This document shows positions 13,636-24,900 of a stretch of DNA of 64,000 bases, in pieces. The notes beneath the pieces were generated by a model. The model did no database searches, had not been told where the DNA came from, and saw only the letters and a list, made by a program, of their open reading frames with translations. The stretch's first letter is position 1. Every line of letters begins with the position of its first letter. Where the stretch lies: the NCBI GenBank assembly GCA_951406725.2, contig CATOCA020000001.1, positions 4,154,001 through 4,218,000 of the forward strand. The letters are read 5' to 3'. Position numbers and translations under genes: made by a program. Origin of the DNA: Octopus vulgaris. Its lineage: Eukaryota.

Positions 13636-14736
13636 AGGATTCATTATTTATTTGTCCTCATTTTGTTTGTTGTTCTCATTCCTAAGGTATTTTTCGATGT
13701 TATTCTTATTATTATTAGGGTCATTGCCTGGATTCGAACTCGGAATCTTGGGGTTAGTAGCCCGTGGGCAATTATGGAGTGAATTTTATGGGTTATAAAC
13801 CTAATATTTCCCTATCCTTCCTTAATACCGGTTCCCATAGGCTATTCATATCTGCACTCGGTCTACTTAGGAGGATGTTGTGTCCTTGCATATGTGCTGC
13901 TTCTTTTAGTTTTCGTATTTTCCAGTGGTGTTCTCTGTCTATTATTTTAACTTCATCCCACCCGGATGAGGTGGTCTCCATTTTTCCATACATGATCACC
14001 TATACCCGTTTTATCAATATCTCCTCGTGTCACAGCTTTGCGATGTGCGTCTACCCTTATTTTGAGTGGGAGGCATCTTTCGCCTTTGTATAACCTACCA
14101 CAGCTGCATGGGATGGAGTACACGAAGTCTTTGGTCATATTCTCTTCTATTGGTGGTTTTACTCGAAGGAAATATTTGCGAAGTGTTGTATTACTCTTGA
14201 ATGCTGTCCTGATGTCATATGGGCCGCATATCTTTTGTATCTTTTCGGAGAAGCCTTTCACATAGGGGCAGACAGACTGTGGACAGTTTATTGGTTTCAT
14301 CCTCTCTTTTCTTCATAATTAGAGTGGATTGTATATTTTGGGGTAGTTGTTACTTAATAGATTGTTACTTAGCTTGATCATTTCTTCGTTGTGGGTATCA
14401 CAATCGCTACTTATATTCTTTACTCGATGTTTTAGGCACTGAGCAATCCCTCTCTTTACACTGTATGGATTGTAGGAATTGAAGTTGAGGTATCGTCCGG
14501 TGAAGGTCGGCTTGTAGTATACGGATGTCCTGAATCCATACTTGGTGCATGTTACTAATACGTCCAGGAATGCCAGCTGATTGTATTTCTCCTTTTCCAT
14601 TGTGAACTGTATGGATGGCTTTTTTGAGTTCACATGATATAACAGCACTTGGCCATATTCCTTGTGGGGCCAGACTATAAACGTGTCATCAACATATCGC
14701 AGCCATAGGGTTGGTTTTAGTGGTGTTGATACTAAG
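13636..14736 (-). mobile_element. 5'-truncated Penelope-like retroelement (RT thumb plus C-terminal GIY-YIG endonuclease)
   Basis: WLRYVDDTF, IQFTMEKE..LAFLDV..TSVYYKPTFTGRYLNFNS, PYVKGFSEKI, VYSIPCSCGRLYKGE..RVDAH, RKLKEA. Frameshifted. Confidence 0.9.
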
Positions 14737-14836
14737 ATTCACTCCATAATTGCACACGGGCATATGACGCAGTGGTTAAGAGCGCGGGCTACTAACCCTA
14801 AGATTCCGAGTTCGATTCTCGATTCCAGACAGGGAT

Positions 14837-14900
<64 letters not shown>

Positions 14901-14908
14901 TGGAAAAT
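14737..14908 (+). repeat. Inverted copy of the Penelope 3' terminal repeat, containing a tRNA-like Pol III cassette and (AAT)n
   Basis: ATTCACTCCATAATTGC..CGGGCTACTAACCC.AAGATTCCGAGTTCGA..AATAAT..ACAT.GAAAA is the reverse complement of 13690-13785. Confidence 0.8.
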
Positions 14909-14914
14909 ATGTAG

Positions 14915-15330
14915 TACTCCTTGGAGTAGTCCGTCCGCTTTGGTCCTCCCGTGACTCCCACCTCTCACCTGTGGTTCATCAATGCCCTCTGCATGCAACA
15001 GTATCCACACCAAGGCTCACGGCTTCCACAGGCTGGCTAAACCATGGTAATGGTAGCAAACGGCCTTTAACCATTGGTGGACTAGGGCTTGTCTATCTAA
15101 GGATGTGAACCGGTTGAGTGTGCTGAGGAAACCACTAGACAGGCTCAACGGACCCGCAAACTTTGTAGAGGGCCAACTGCAACCTGTCTGTAGTTTTCTT
15201 GACTTCATCCTTCCACTGGAATCACAGAGGAAGGGACGAGAGAGTGAGTCAGATGCTATTGTGCAACCTTCCCTCACTTTAATCCATGTCACGCTCAATT
15301 CAAGATATCACACCATCCCAGGGTCAAGTA
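14915..15330 (+). mobile_element. RTE-clade LINE-related non-coding segment (5'UTR-like)
   Basis: CCACTGGAA..GAGAGAGTGAG..TTGTGCAAC..CCTCACTTTAATCCA..CACGC.CAA.TCAAGA.ATCAC resembles RTE-derived repeats as I recall them; not verified. Confidence 0.45.
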
Positions 15331-15334
15331 AAGA

Positions 15335-15576
15335 ATCGGGTTGGTGCATAATTATTTGCAGCTATTTTTCAACAAATATTATTCGACAAAAACAATAAAA
15401 CTATTTATCAAAAACATCTTTACATGATCGTCTATCAAGCGAATGGGAAGCGGTTATTGAAGTAGATGGTGAATGTGCTCCGGAATAATCATTTAAAGAT
15501 GTTTTTGTTACATGTTATTGTTTTTGTTGAATAAACTTTGTTGAAAAAGCCGCAATGATTATGCACCAACCCAATA
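15335..15576 (+). mobile_element. Mariner MITE / internally deleted mariner
   Basis: Imperfect TIRs GGGTTGGTGCATAAT..ATTATGCACCAACCC extending ~60 bp. The interior encodes a mariner C-terminus remnant, RLSSEWEAVIEVDGE. Confidence 0.85.
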
Positions 15577-15579
15577 TAT

Positions 15580-15620
<41 letters not shown>

Positions 15621-16593
15621 CGCACAAGTCGGACGACGGATGGAACAACGGTTTGCCTATTGATGAGAGAATCGGATGTGAGGACATCTGGATGGAACTC
15701 CGCTTCAGAGAGCATCGTGCGGTGTGTGGAGGGAGAGAAAGGGACGGAGCGACGGCGAGTGATGCCTATTATTAAAAAGAGTGAGAATAATATAAAATAG
15801 TGTTTATAACACATTATCGATAAAGATCGAACATTGATCAATGGAATTAGTACAGATTGCGACTCCACGTCACTGATTCGTTTTTTATTTCGCTTTTTCA
15901 CATTTCCAATTCTTTACTTTTCCTTTCACTCTGCCTGCAATCATCACACAGTTTGCATGGTCGCTGGAGTGAAGTGGCTTAGAGGTTAGGGGCATTCGGG
16001 TTAGATTTGGGGTGATATATTAATACATGCTGAGGTGGGAGAGAGAGGATTTTCTAAGTTCCCTTAATTTTTATATGAGTGACAACACAAAACTTTTATA
16101 TACCTGGCTGTTATTTCTAGCATCACGTAGGACCACCAATTGTGTATTATTCCTCCGGATGCTTCTTAAAGTCTCCTTCAATCTTTCATGAAAAACAATG
16201 CAGAATATAGTGTACTGAACTGTTATTTCTAGCATATTACCCGACCACCTGTAGGACAATATATTTGATAGACACTTCGTCAAGTGTCCTGCTTTTATAA
16301 AACAAAAACTTTAGGAATGTCAAGGTGTTTGCTTGCTGTTTCACGAATGATGCGAGACAATAGAGAGGTGAGATTCTTTTATAAAAGTCGAAATGGTTTT
16401 GGGAGGGAAACAATGAGATTAAGGGAAAGAAAGAGAGTGAGAGAGAGAGAGAGAGAGAGTAAAAAGAAGGAAAGAATGAAAGAGAGTGAGAGAGAGAGAG
16501 AAAGGAAGAAAAAAGAAAAAAAGAAGGAATGAAAGAAAAGAGAAAGGAAGGAATAAAGTAACGTGATTCCGTAATAATGCATGAAATGAGAAC

Positions 16594-16626
<33 letters not shown>

Positions 16627-17333
16627 GAAGGAAGGAAGGAAGAGAGGAAGGAAGGAAGGAAGGAAGGAAAGAAAGAAGGAATGAAGGAAATAATGAAGGA
16701 AAGAAGGAAGGAAAGAAAGGCAGTAAGGAAAGAAAGAAGGAAAGAAAGGCAGAAAGAAAGAAAGAAAGAAAGTAAAAAGGAAAGAAAGAAAGAAAGAAAG
16801 AAAGAAAGTAAAAAGGAAAGAAAGAAAGAAAGAACGAAAGAACGAAAGAAAGAAAGGGAGTAAGTAAGAAAGAAAGGGAAAAAGAAAAGAAAGAAAGACA
16901 GAAGGAAAAAGAGGGAAAGATAGAAAGAATGAAGGGAAATAAAGAAAAAAGAAAGGAAGAAAAAGGAAAGAAAGAAAAAAGAAGGAAATGAAAAACTGAA
17001 ACAAAAATAAAGAAATAACGAAAATGAAAGAAGGAAAGAAAGAAAGAATGAGAGAAATGAAAGAAAGAAAGACAGGAAGAAAGAAAGAAAGGAAGAAAGA
17101 AAGTAATGAAGAAAGAAAAAAGAAAGAATGTAAGAAAGAAATCAGGAAAGAAAGAAAGAAGAAAGAAAGACTGAAAGGATGAAAGAAAGCAAGAAAGAAA
17201 GGAAAAGGAAAGAAAGAAAGAAAGAAAAAAGGATATAAGTAAACGGAAACAAAAAGAAAGAAAGAAAGAGAGAGAGAAAAAAGAAGGAAAGAAAGAATGT
17301 GAGAAATGAAGGACGAAAGAAAGACAGAAAGGA

Positions 17334-17373
<40 letters not shown>

Positions 17374-18329
17374 ATGAGAGAGAGATAGAGAGGAAGGCGA
17401 CGTAATTCTGAAAAAATGATGAGAAGAAAGAGGAGAGAGGGAGAGAGAGAGAGGGGGAGGAAGGAGGAGGGATTAGAGAAATAAATGTTAAGAAGAGAGG
17501 TGGAGTATGAGATGAGAGAGAAAGAGTAAAAAGGCGGAGCATTAATATATAATAAGGTAATAGAGAGAGGGAGAGGGAGAGAGAGGGAGAAAGAGAGAGA
17601 CAGACAAACAGAGACACGGAGACAGAGAGAGAGACATAAGAAGCGAGAGGGAGAAAGAGAGAGACTGAAATAGAGAAATCAGGAGAGCAAAGAGAGAGAA
17701 AGACAGACATAGAGAAAGAGAGGGAGAGGGAAAGGGAGGAGAAAGGGAGGGAAAGAATGAGGTAAGAGAATGAGAGAATATTATATAAGGAGGTGGAGGG
17801 AGAGAGAGAATGATACATAGGTTTAGAAAGAGAGGGAGAGTGTGACGTGGGGCGGAGCGCAAAAGAGGTAGAGGGAGAGTATGAGATATGAGGTGGTAAA
17901 GAGGGAGGGAGAGAGAGACAAAAAGTGAGGGAGGGGGAAGGAAACAGAGATGATGTATGAGATATATGCTTTGTGAGGGAGGGAGAGTAAGAGTTGAGAG
18001 AAAACGAGGGATGAGGGAGGCTTAAACAATAACATAAGTAAGTGACAGAGGGGGAGGGAGAGGAGTAGAGAAGGAGAGGGAATGATGTGTGTGATAAGAG
18101 AGGGAGAAGATCATGTATTAGAGAAAAGAAGAGGGGAAGGATGAGGTATTAATACAGAATGAGGAAAGAGAGAGTTTCGAAGTGTCCTTCATTTTCATAT
18201 GAAACACAAAACCAAACTTTAACATACTTGGCTGTTATTTCTAGCATCACATTTGGTCCTCAATTGGACTATATTTCACCAGATGCTTCTTAAAGTGTCC
18301 TTCATGATAACGATGTAAAGTATAGCGTA

Positions 18330-19668
18330 ATGGGCTGTTATTTCTAGCAAGATAACAGACCACCAATACGTTTTATAGACGCTTCTTCACTTGGTTTCTC
18401 CTTCGAGGAAGAAGTCTGACCAGATCCGGGAAAAAGTTTTATAAATGCTTCTTAAATTGTCTTTCAATTTCGTATGAAAAACAAAGCAAGTTTGAGGGTA
18501 GTGGGCTGTTATTTCTAGCAAGATGCCAGACCACCAATGCGTTTTATAGACGCTTCTTCACTTGGTTTCTCATTCGAGGAAGAAGTCTGACCAGATCCGG
18601 GAAAACGTTTTATAAATGCTTCTTAAATTGTCTTTCAATTTCGTATGAAAAACAAAGCAACATTGAGAGTAGTGGGCTGTTATTTCTAGCAATATACCAG
18701 ACCACCAATACGTTTTATAGACGCTTCTTCACTTGGTTTCTCATTCGAGGAAGAAGTCTGACCAGATCCGGGAAAAAGTTTTATAAATGCTTCTTAAATT
18801 GTCTTTCAATTTCGTATGAAAAACAAAGCAACTTTGAGTGTGGTGGGCTGTTATTTCTAGCAAGATAACAGACCACCAATACGTTTTATAGACGCTTCTT
18901 CACTTGGTTTCTCATTCGAGGAAGAAGTCTGACCAGATCCGGGAAAAAGTTTTATAAATGCTTCTTAAATTGTCTTTCAATTTCGTATGAAAAACAAAGC
19001 AACTTTGAGTGTGTGGGCTGTTATTTCTAGCAAGATCCAGACCACCAATCCGTTTTATAGACGCTTCTTCACTTGGTTTCTCATTCGAGGAAGAAGTCTG
19101 ACCAGATCCGGGAAAAAGTTTTATAAATGCTTCTTAAATTGTCTTTCAATTTCGTATGAAAAACAAAGCAACTTTGAGTGTTGTGGGCTGTTCTTTCTAG
19201 CAAGATACCAGACCACAAATACGTTTATAGACGCTTCTTGACTTGGTTTCTCCTTCGAGGAAGAAGTCTGACCAGATCCGGGCAAAAGTTTTATAAATGC
19301 TTCTTAAATTGTCTTTCAATTTCGTATGAAAAACAAAGCAACTTTGAGTGTTGTGGGCTGTTCTTTCTAGCAAGATACCAGACCACAAATACGTTTATAG
19401 ACGCTTCTTGACTTGGTTTCTCCTTCGAGGAAGAAGTCTGACCAGATCCGGGCAAAAGTTTTATAAATGCTTCTTAAATTGTCTTTCAATTTCGTATGAA
19501 AAACAAAGCAACTTTGAGTGTTGTGGGCTGTTCTTTCTAGCAAGATACCAGACCACAAATACGTTTATAGACGCTTCTTGACTTGGTTTCTCCTTCGAGG
19601 AAGAAGTCTGACCAGATCCGGGAAAAAGTTTTATAAATGCTTCTTAAATTGTCTTTCAATTTCGTATG
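18330..19668. repeat. 170-171 bp tandem repeat, ~8 copies
   Basis: GACCAC(C)AATACG recurs at ~18358, 18529, 18700, 18871, 19040, 19211, 19381 and 19551. Identical ORFs are 170 bp apart. Confidence 0.95.
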
Positions 19669-19699
19669 AGGGTAAGATATAAGGAGGTGGGAGAGATAG

Positions 19700-20120
19700 A
19701 GAGAGAAAGAAAGGAAGAAAGAGTGAGAGAGAGAAAGCCTAGGGAAGGGGAGGGATATATTAATGTATGAGGAAGCAGAGAGTGGGAGTGAGAGTGGGAG
19801 AGAGAGAGAGAGAGAGACAGAATGCGTGAGAGAGAGAGAGAGAAAGAAAGGAAGAAAGAGTGAGAGAGAGAAAGCCTAGGGAAGGGGAGGGATATATTAA
19901 TGTATGAGGAAGCAGAGAGGGGGAGTGAGAGTGGGAGAGAGAGAGAGACAGAATGCGTGAGAGAGAGAGAGAGAGAAAGAAAGGAAGAAAGAGTGAGAGA
20001 GAGAAAGTCTAGGGAAGGGGAGGGATATATTAATGTATGAGGAAGCAGAGAAAGAATGAGAGTGGGAGAGAGAGACAGAATGCGTGAGAGAGAGGGAGAG
20101 AGAGAGAGAGACAGAATGCA
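19700..20120. repeat. ~135-bp GA-rich tandem repeat, 3 copies
   Basis: CTAGGGAAGGGGAGGGATATATTAATGTATGAGGAAGCAGAG occurs three times. Confidence 0.85.
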
Positions 20121-20152
<32 letters not shown>

Positions 20153-21659
20153 TGAGACAGATATACAGTTAGTGAGGGAGAGGAAGAGGTGAACGCTTTT
20201 GCAAGGGAGGTGGGCGGTGATTAAAATGAATATATAATGAGGTTCTGAGAGAAAGGAGACAAAGAGGGAGAAGTGGGAGGATATGTTTTGTAGGGGAGGG
20301 AGAAAGAGTATGAAAATGCATTAAGGGTTCAGTGAGGTACAGACAGAGGGAATTAAGAGTAAAAGCAAGGAGGGGGAAGCATTGGGTAATATATGAGGAC
20401 GTGGGAGAGGGAGGCGAAGAGAAAGAGACAAAGAGGGAGAGCGCGCTTATTGGACGATATATATTTAGTAATAGGGGAAGGGTATGAGTTAATAAAGAAA
20501 GCAAAATGGGCGGAGTCAGTCTACATTATGCAAAGTGGTGGGAGGAGTCAACGTTGAAAGGGTAAGAACAATAACTCTTATTGAATCCCTTTTCGCTTTA
20601 AATTCTATTTTTTTCTTTCGCAGAATTTGAAGATTTCCAAAAATGATTTAATGTAAATAATAGATCGAAGGGTTTAATATTGCAATTCTTAGCCCTTAAT
20701 TTCCTCCTCGTAATCTTCACACTGCACCCTGCACCTATTGTGGATGCAGCTGCTAGAAATAGCAGCCAAACATCGCATACTAAATGAAACCTCTGATTTC
20801 TTTAATTGCTTCAAAATTTATTTATTTAGTTGAGGAAAAAGTTCGTGCGTTTGGTCTTTATTTTGAAGAATATTTGTTGCTTTTGAATAAATTCTTGCAT
20901 AAAACAATCATTATTTTAACACGACGCACAGACATTTCCCTCAATCTAATAGTTTCTATTTTATAATTGGCATTTGGTCAGATAACTGCAAAGATTAGCC
21001 ATTGACTGTCCACTACAAAGAGAAGGGAGCAAGAATATGCAATGAAAGTGCAGTTTAGTGCAGCCGTGCACTGGTTGTCGTCCTATTTTAAGCTGCAAAA
21101 ATGTGAAAGTAAACTTCGAGAAGGAAAGAGATCAGACCGGAAGTGATGAGAATAGAACAGGAAACAACTGAATGCCATCTAACGGAGAACAATTCAGCTC
21201 AAAGTGACGACGCCTCTACCACCGAAACATCTCGACACACTGTTTTACTCATCGCAGGCCGGTCTCATGGATGTGTGACGGAGCTGTGTTGCGGGGAAAC
21301 AGCTACGAGAACGGAAATCGACGGAAATTGACGCATCTCGACGGTTATGAAGGAGTTCAGTGTGAAGATATTAAATGCCTTTCGGTATTGCTTCAGATGT
21401 TTGACACCCGAATTTCCTGTCCCAGAGCTTCCAGAAAATGGAGATTTTAAATTATATTTTCTAAAACTGAGCATCTGATGTTGTAAATTGCGATTAGATG
21501 GGAATATTTGATGAAAACATTTTTCCTACTTCGATGTGAGGAGTTTTGGAAAATTCACACAAGGCGTCTGGCTTTTTTCACAAATTTCAGAAAATTAGTA
21601 AATTTTTAATGGAATTTTCGATAAATGCCGTTCAGAGTGTGTCGATTACAATTATAAAA

Positions 21660-21910
21660 TAATAATAATAATGAAATTATTGTATACAGTGCTCAGGTGC
21701 ACCACAACTTGTCAGAAAGTGCGTATAAGGTGTATGCTGTAATGTACAAATGTCTGGAAAGCGAACAATGTATGAGTCAGATACTTGCTTGCGTGTGTAT
21801 GGAGGGGAGAAGATCAGGTGTAGTGTTCGTGAATCTCAGGAAGCATGGACGTTTTGAAGGATGCAGTGCTCAGACAACTAACAACTGATGCCGGCAGTTT
21901 GTTCCATGCT
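21660..21910 (-). mobile_element. 3' end of a CR1/L2-group LINE (ORF2 stop, 3'UTR, (ATT)n tail)
   Basis: Minus strand reads AWNKLPASVVSCLSTASFKTSMLPEIHEHYT* (the CR1 ORF2 terminal WNxLP..VV..S..FK motif), then a unique 3'UTR ending ..TATACAATAATTTCATTATTATTATT. Confidence 0.8.
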
Positions 21911-24900
21911 TGGGTGTGTATGGAGGGGAGAAAATCAGGTGTAGTGTTGGCGAATCTCAGGAAGCATGGAAGTTTTGAAGGATGCAGTGCTCCGACAACT
22001 AACAACTGATGCTCGCAGGTTGTTCCATGCTTGTGTGTGTATGGAGGGGAGAAAATCAGGTGTAGTGTTGGCGAATCTCAGTATGCATGAAAGTTTTGAA
22101 GGATGCAGTGCTCAGACAATTAACAACTGATGCCGGCAGTTTGTTCCATGCTTGTGTGTGTATGGAGGGGAGGAAATCAGGTGTAGTGTTGGCGAATCTC
22201 AGGAAGCATGGAAGTTATGAAGGATGCAGTGTTCCGAACTCTAACAACTGATGCCGGCAGGTTGTTCCATGCTTGTGTGTGTATGGAGGGGAGAAAATCA
22301 GGTGTAGTGTTGGCGAATCTCAGAATGCATGAAAGTTTTGAAGGATGCAGTGCTCAGACAATTAACAACTGATGCCGGCAGTTTGTTCCATGCTTGTGTG
22401 TGTATGGAGGGGAGGAAATCAGGTGTAGTGTTGGCGAATCTCAGGAAGCATGAAAGTTTTGAAGGATGCAGTGCTCAGACAATTAACAACTGATGCCGGC
22501 AGTTTGTTCCATGCTTGTGTGTGTATGGAGGGGAGGAAATCAGGTGTAGTGTTTGCGAATCTCAGGAAGCATGGAAGTTTTGAAGGATGCAGTGTTCCGA
22601 CAACTAACAACTGATGCCGGCAGGTTGTTCCATGCTTGTGTGTGTATGGAGGGGAGAAAATCAGGTGTAGTGTTGGTGAATCTCAGAATGCATGAAAGTT
22701 TTGAAGGATGCAGTGCTCAGACAATTAACAACTGATGCTGGCAGTTTGTTTCATGCTTGTGTGTGTATGGAGGGGAGGAAATCAGGTGTAGTGTTGGCGA
22801 ATCTCAGGAAGCATGGAAGTTTTGAAGGATGCAGTGCTCAGATAATTAACAACTGATGCCGGCAATTTGTTCCATGCTTTTGTGTGTATGGAGGGGAGGA
22901 AATCAGGTGTAGTGTTGGCGAATCTCAGAAAGCATGGAAGTTTTGAAGGATGCAGTGCTCAGACAATTAACAACTGATGCCGGCAGTTTGTTCCATGCTT
23001 GTGTGTGTATGGAGGGGAGGAAATCAGGTGTAGTGTTGGCGAATCTCAGAAAGCATGGAAGTTTTGAAGGATGCAGTGCTCAGACAATTAACAACTGATG
23101 CCGGCAGTTTGTTCCATGCTTGTGTGTGTATGGAGGGGAGGAAATCAGGTGTAGTGTTGGCGAATCTCAGAAAGCATGGAAGATTTGAAGGATGCAGTGC
23201 TCAGACAATTAACAACTGATGCCGGCAGTTTGTTCCATGCTTGTGTGTGTATGGAGGGGAGGAAATCATGTGTAGTGTTGGCGAATCTCAGAAAGCATGG
23301 AAGTTTTAAAGGATGCAGTGCTCAGACGATTAACAACTGATGCCGGCAGTTTGTTCCATGCTTGTGTGTGTATGGAGGAGAGGAAATCAGGTGTAGTTTT
23401 GGCGAATCTCAGGAAGCATGGAAGTTTTGAAGGATGCAGTGCTCCGACAATTAACAACTGATGCCGGCAGTTTGTTCCATGCTTGTGTGTGTATGGAGGG
23501 GAGAAAATCAGGTGTAGTGTTGGCGAATCTCAGAATGCATGAAAGTTTTGAAGGATGCAGTGCTCAGACAATTAACAACTGATGCCGGCAGTTTGTTCCA
23601 TGCTTGTGTGTGTATGGAGGGGAGAAAATCAGGTGTAGTGTTGGCGAATCTCAGAATGCATGAAAGTTTTGAAGGATGCAGGGCTCAGACAATTAACAAC
23701 TGATGCCGGCAGTTTGTTCCATGCTTGTGTGTGTATGGAGGGGAGAAAATCAGGTGTAGTGTTGGCGAATCTCAGGAAGCATGGAAGTTTTGAAGGATGC
23801 AGTGCTCAGACAATTAACAACTGATGCCGGCAGGTTGTTCCATGCTTGTGTGTGTATGGAGGGGAGAAAATCAGGTGTAGTGTTGGCGAATCTCAGGAAG
23901 CATGAAAGTTTTGAAGGATGCAGTGCTCAGACAATTAACAACTGATGCCGGCAGTTTGTTCCATGCTTGTGTGTGTATGGAGGGGAGAAAATCAGGTGTA
24001 GTGTTGGCGAATCTCAGAATGCATGAAAGTTTTGAAGGATGCAGTGCTCAGACAATTAACAACTGATGCCGGCAGTTTGTTCCATGCTTGTGTGTGTATG
24101 GAGGGGAGAAAATCAGGTGTAGTGTTGGCGAATCTCAGAAAGCATGGAAGTTTTGAAGGATGCAGTGCTCAGACAATTAACAACTGATGCCGGCAGTTTG
24201 TTCCATGCTTGTGTGTGTATGGAGGGGAGGAAATCAGGTGTAGTGTTGGCGAATCTCAGGAAGCATGGAAGTTTTGAAGGATGCAGTGCTCAGACAATTA
24301 ACAACTGATGCCGGCAGTTTGTTCCATGCTTGTGTGTGTATGGAGGGGAGAAAATCAGGTGTAGTGTTGGCGAATCTCAGAAAGCATGGAAGTTTTGAAG
24401 GATGCAGTGCTCAGACAATTAACAACTGATGCCGGCAGTTTGTTCCATGCTTGTGTGTGTATGGAGGGGAGAAAATCAGGTGTAGTGTTGGCGAATCTCA
24501 GAAGCATGGAAGTTTTGAAGGATGCAGTGCTCAGACAATTAACAACTGATGCCGGCAGTTTGTTCCATGCTTGTGTGTGTATGGAGGGGAGAAAATCAGG
24601 TGTAGTGTTGGCGAATCTCAGAAAGCATGGAAGTTTTGAAGGATGCAGTGCTCCGACAATTAACAACTGATGCCGGCAGTTTGTTCCATGCTTGTGTGTG
24701 TATGGAGGGGAGAAAATCAGGTGTAGTGTTGGCGAATCTCAGAAGCATGGAAGTTTTGAAGGATGCAGTGCTCAGACAATTAACAACTGATGCCGGCAGT
24801 TTGTTCCATGCTTGTGTGTGTATGGAGGGGAGAAAATCAGGTGTAGTGTTGGCGAATCTCAGAAAGCATGAAAGTTTTGAAGGATGCAGTGCTCAGACAA

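Larger units (their letters stand above)
16060..20500 (-). repeat. GA-rich composite block, inverted homolog of 8970-11820
   Basis: The reverse complement of 16060-16260 aligns with 9770-9960, and that of 20170-20270 aligns with 9100-9200. Confidence 0.7.

Noticed and set aside
10267-17818. 343-479 aa Phe/Leu/Ser-rich membrane-like ORFs
   Set aside because: These come from stop-poor CT-rich low-complexity DNA.
20751-20770. GCTAGAAATAGC resembles the Cas9 sgRNA scaffold
   Set aside because: It is only 12 nt and is a variant of the local TGCTAGAAATAACAGC repeat motif. No other scaffold sequence is present.
21100-21350. CpG-richer patch with CCGGAAGTG as a possible promoter
   Set aside because: A single short motif with no linked gene evidence.
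21935-22060. Hammerhead ribozyme in the satellite monomer (as in newt or schistosome satellites)
   Set aside because: There is no CUGANGA core on either strand.
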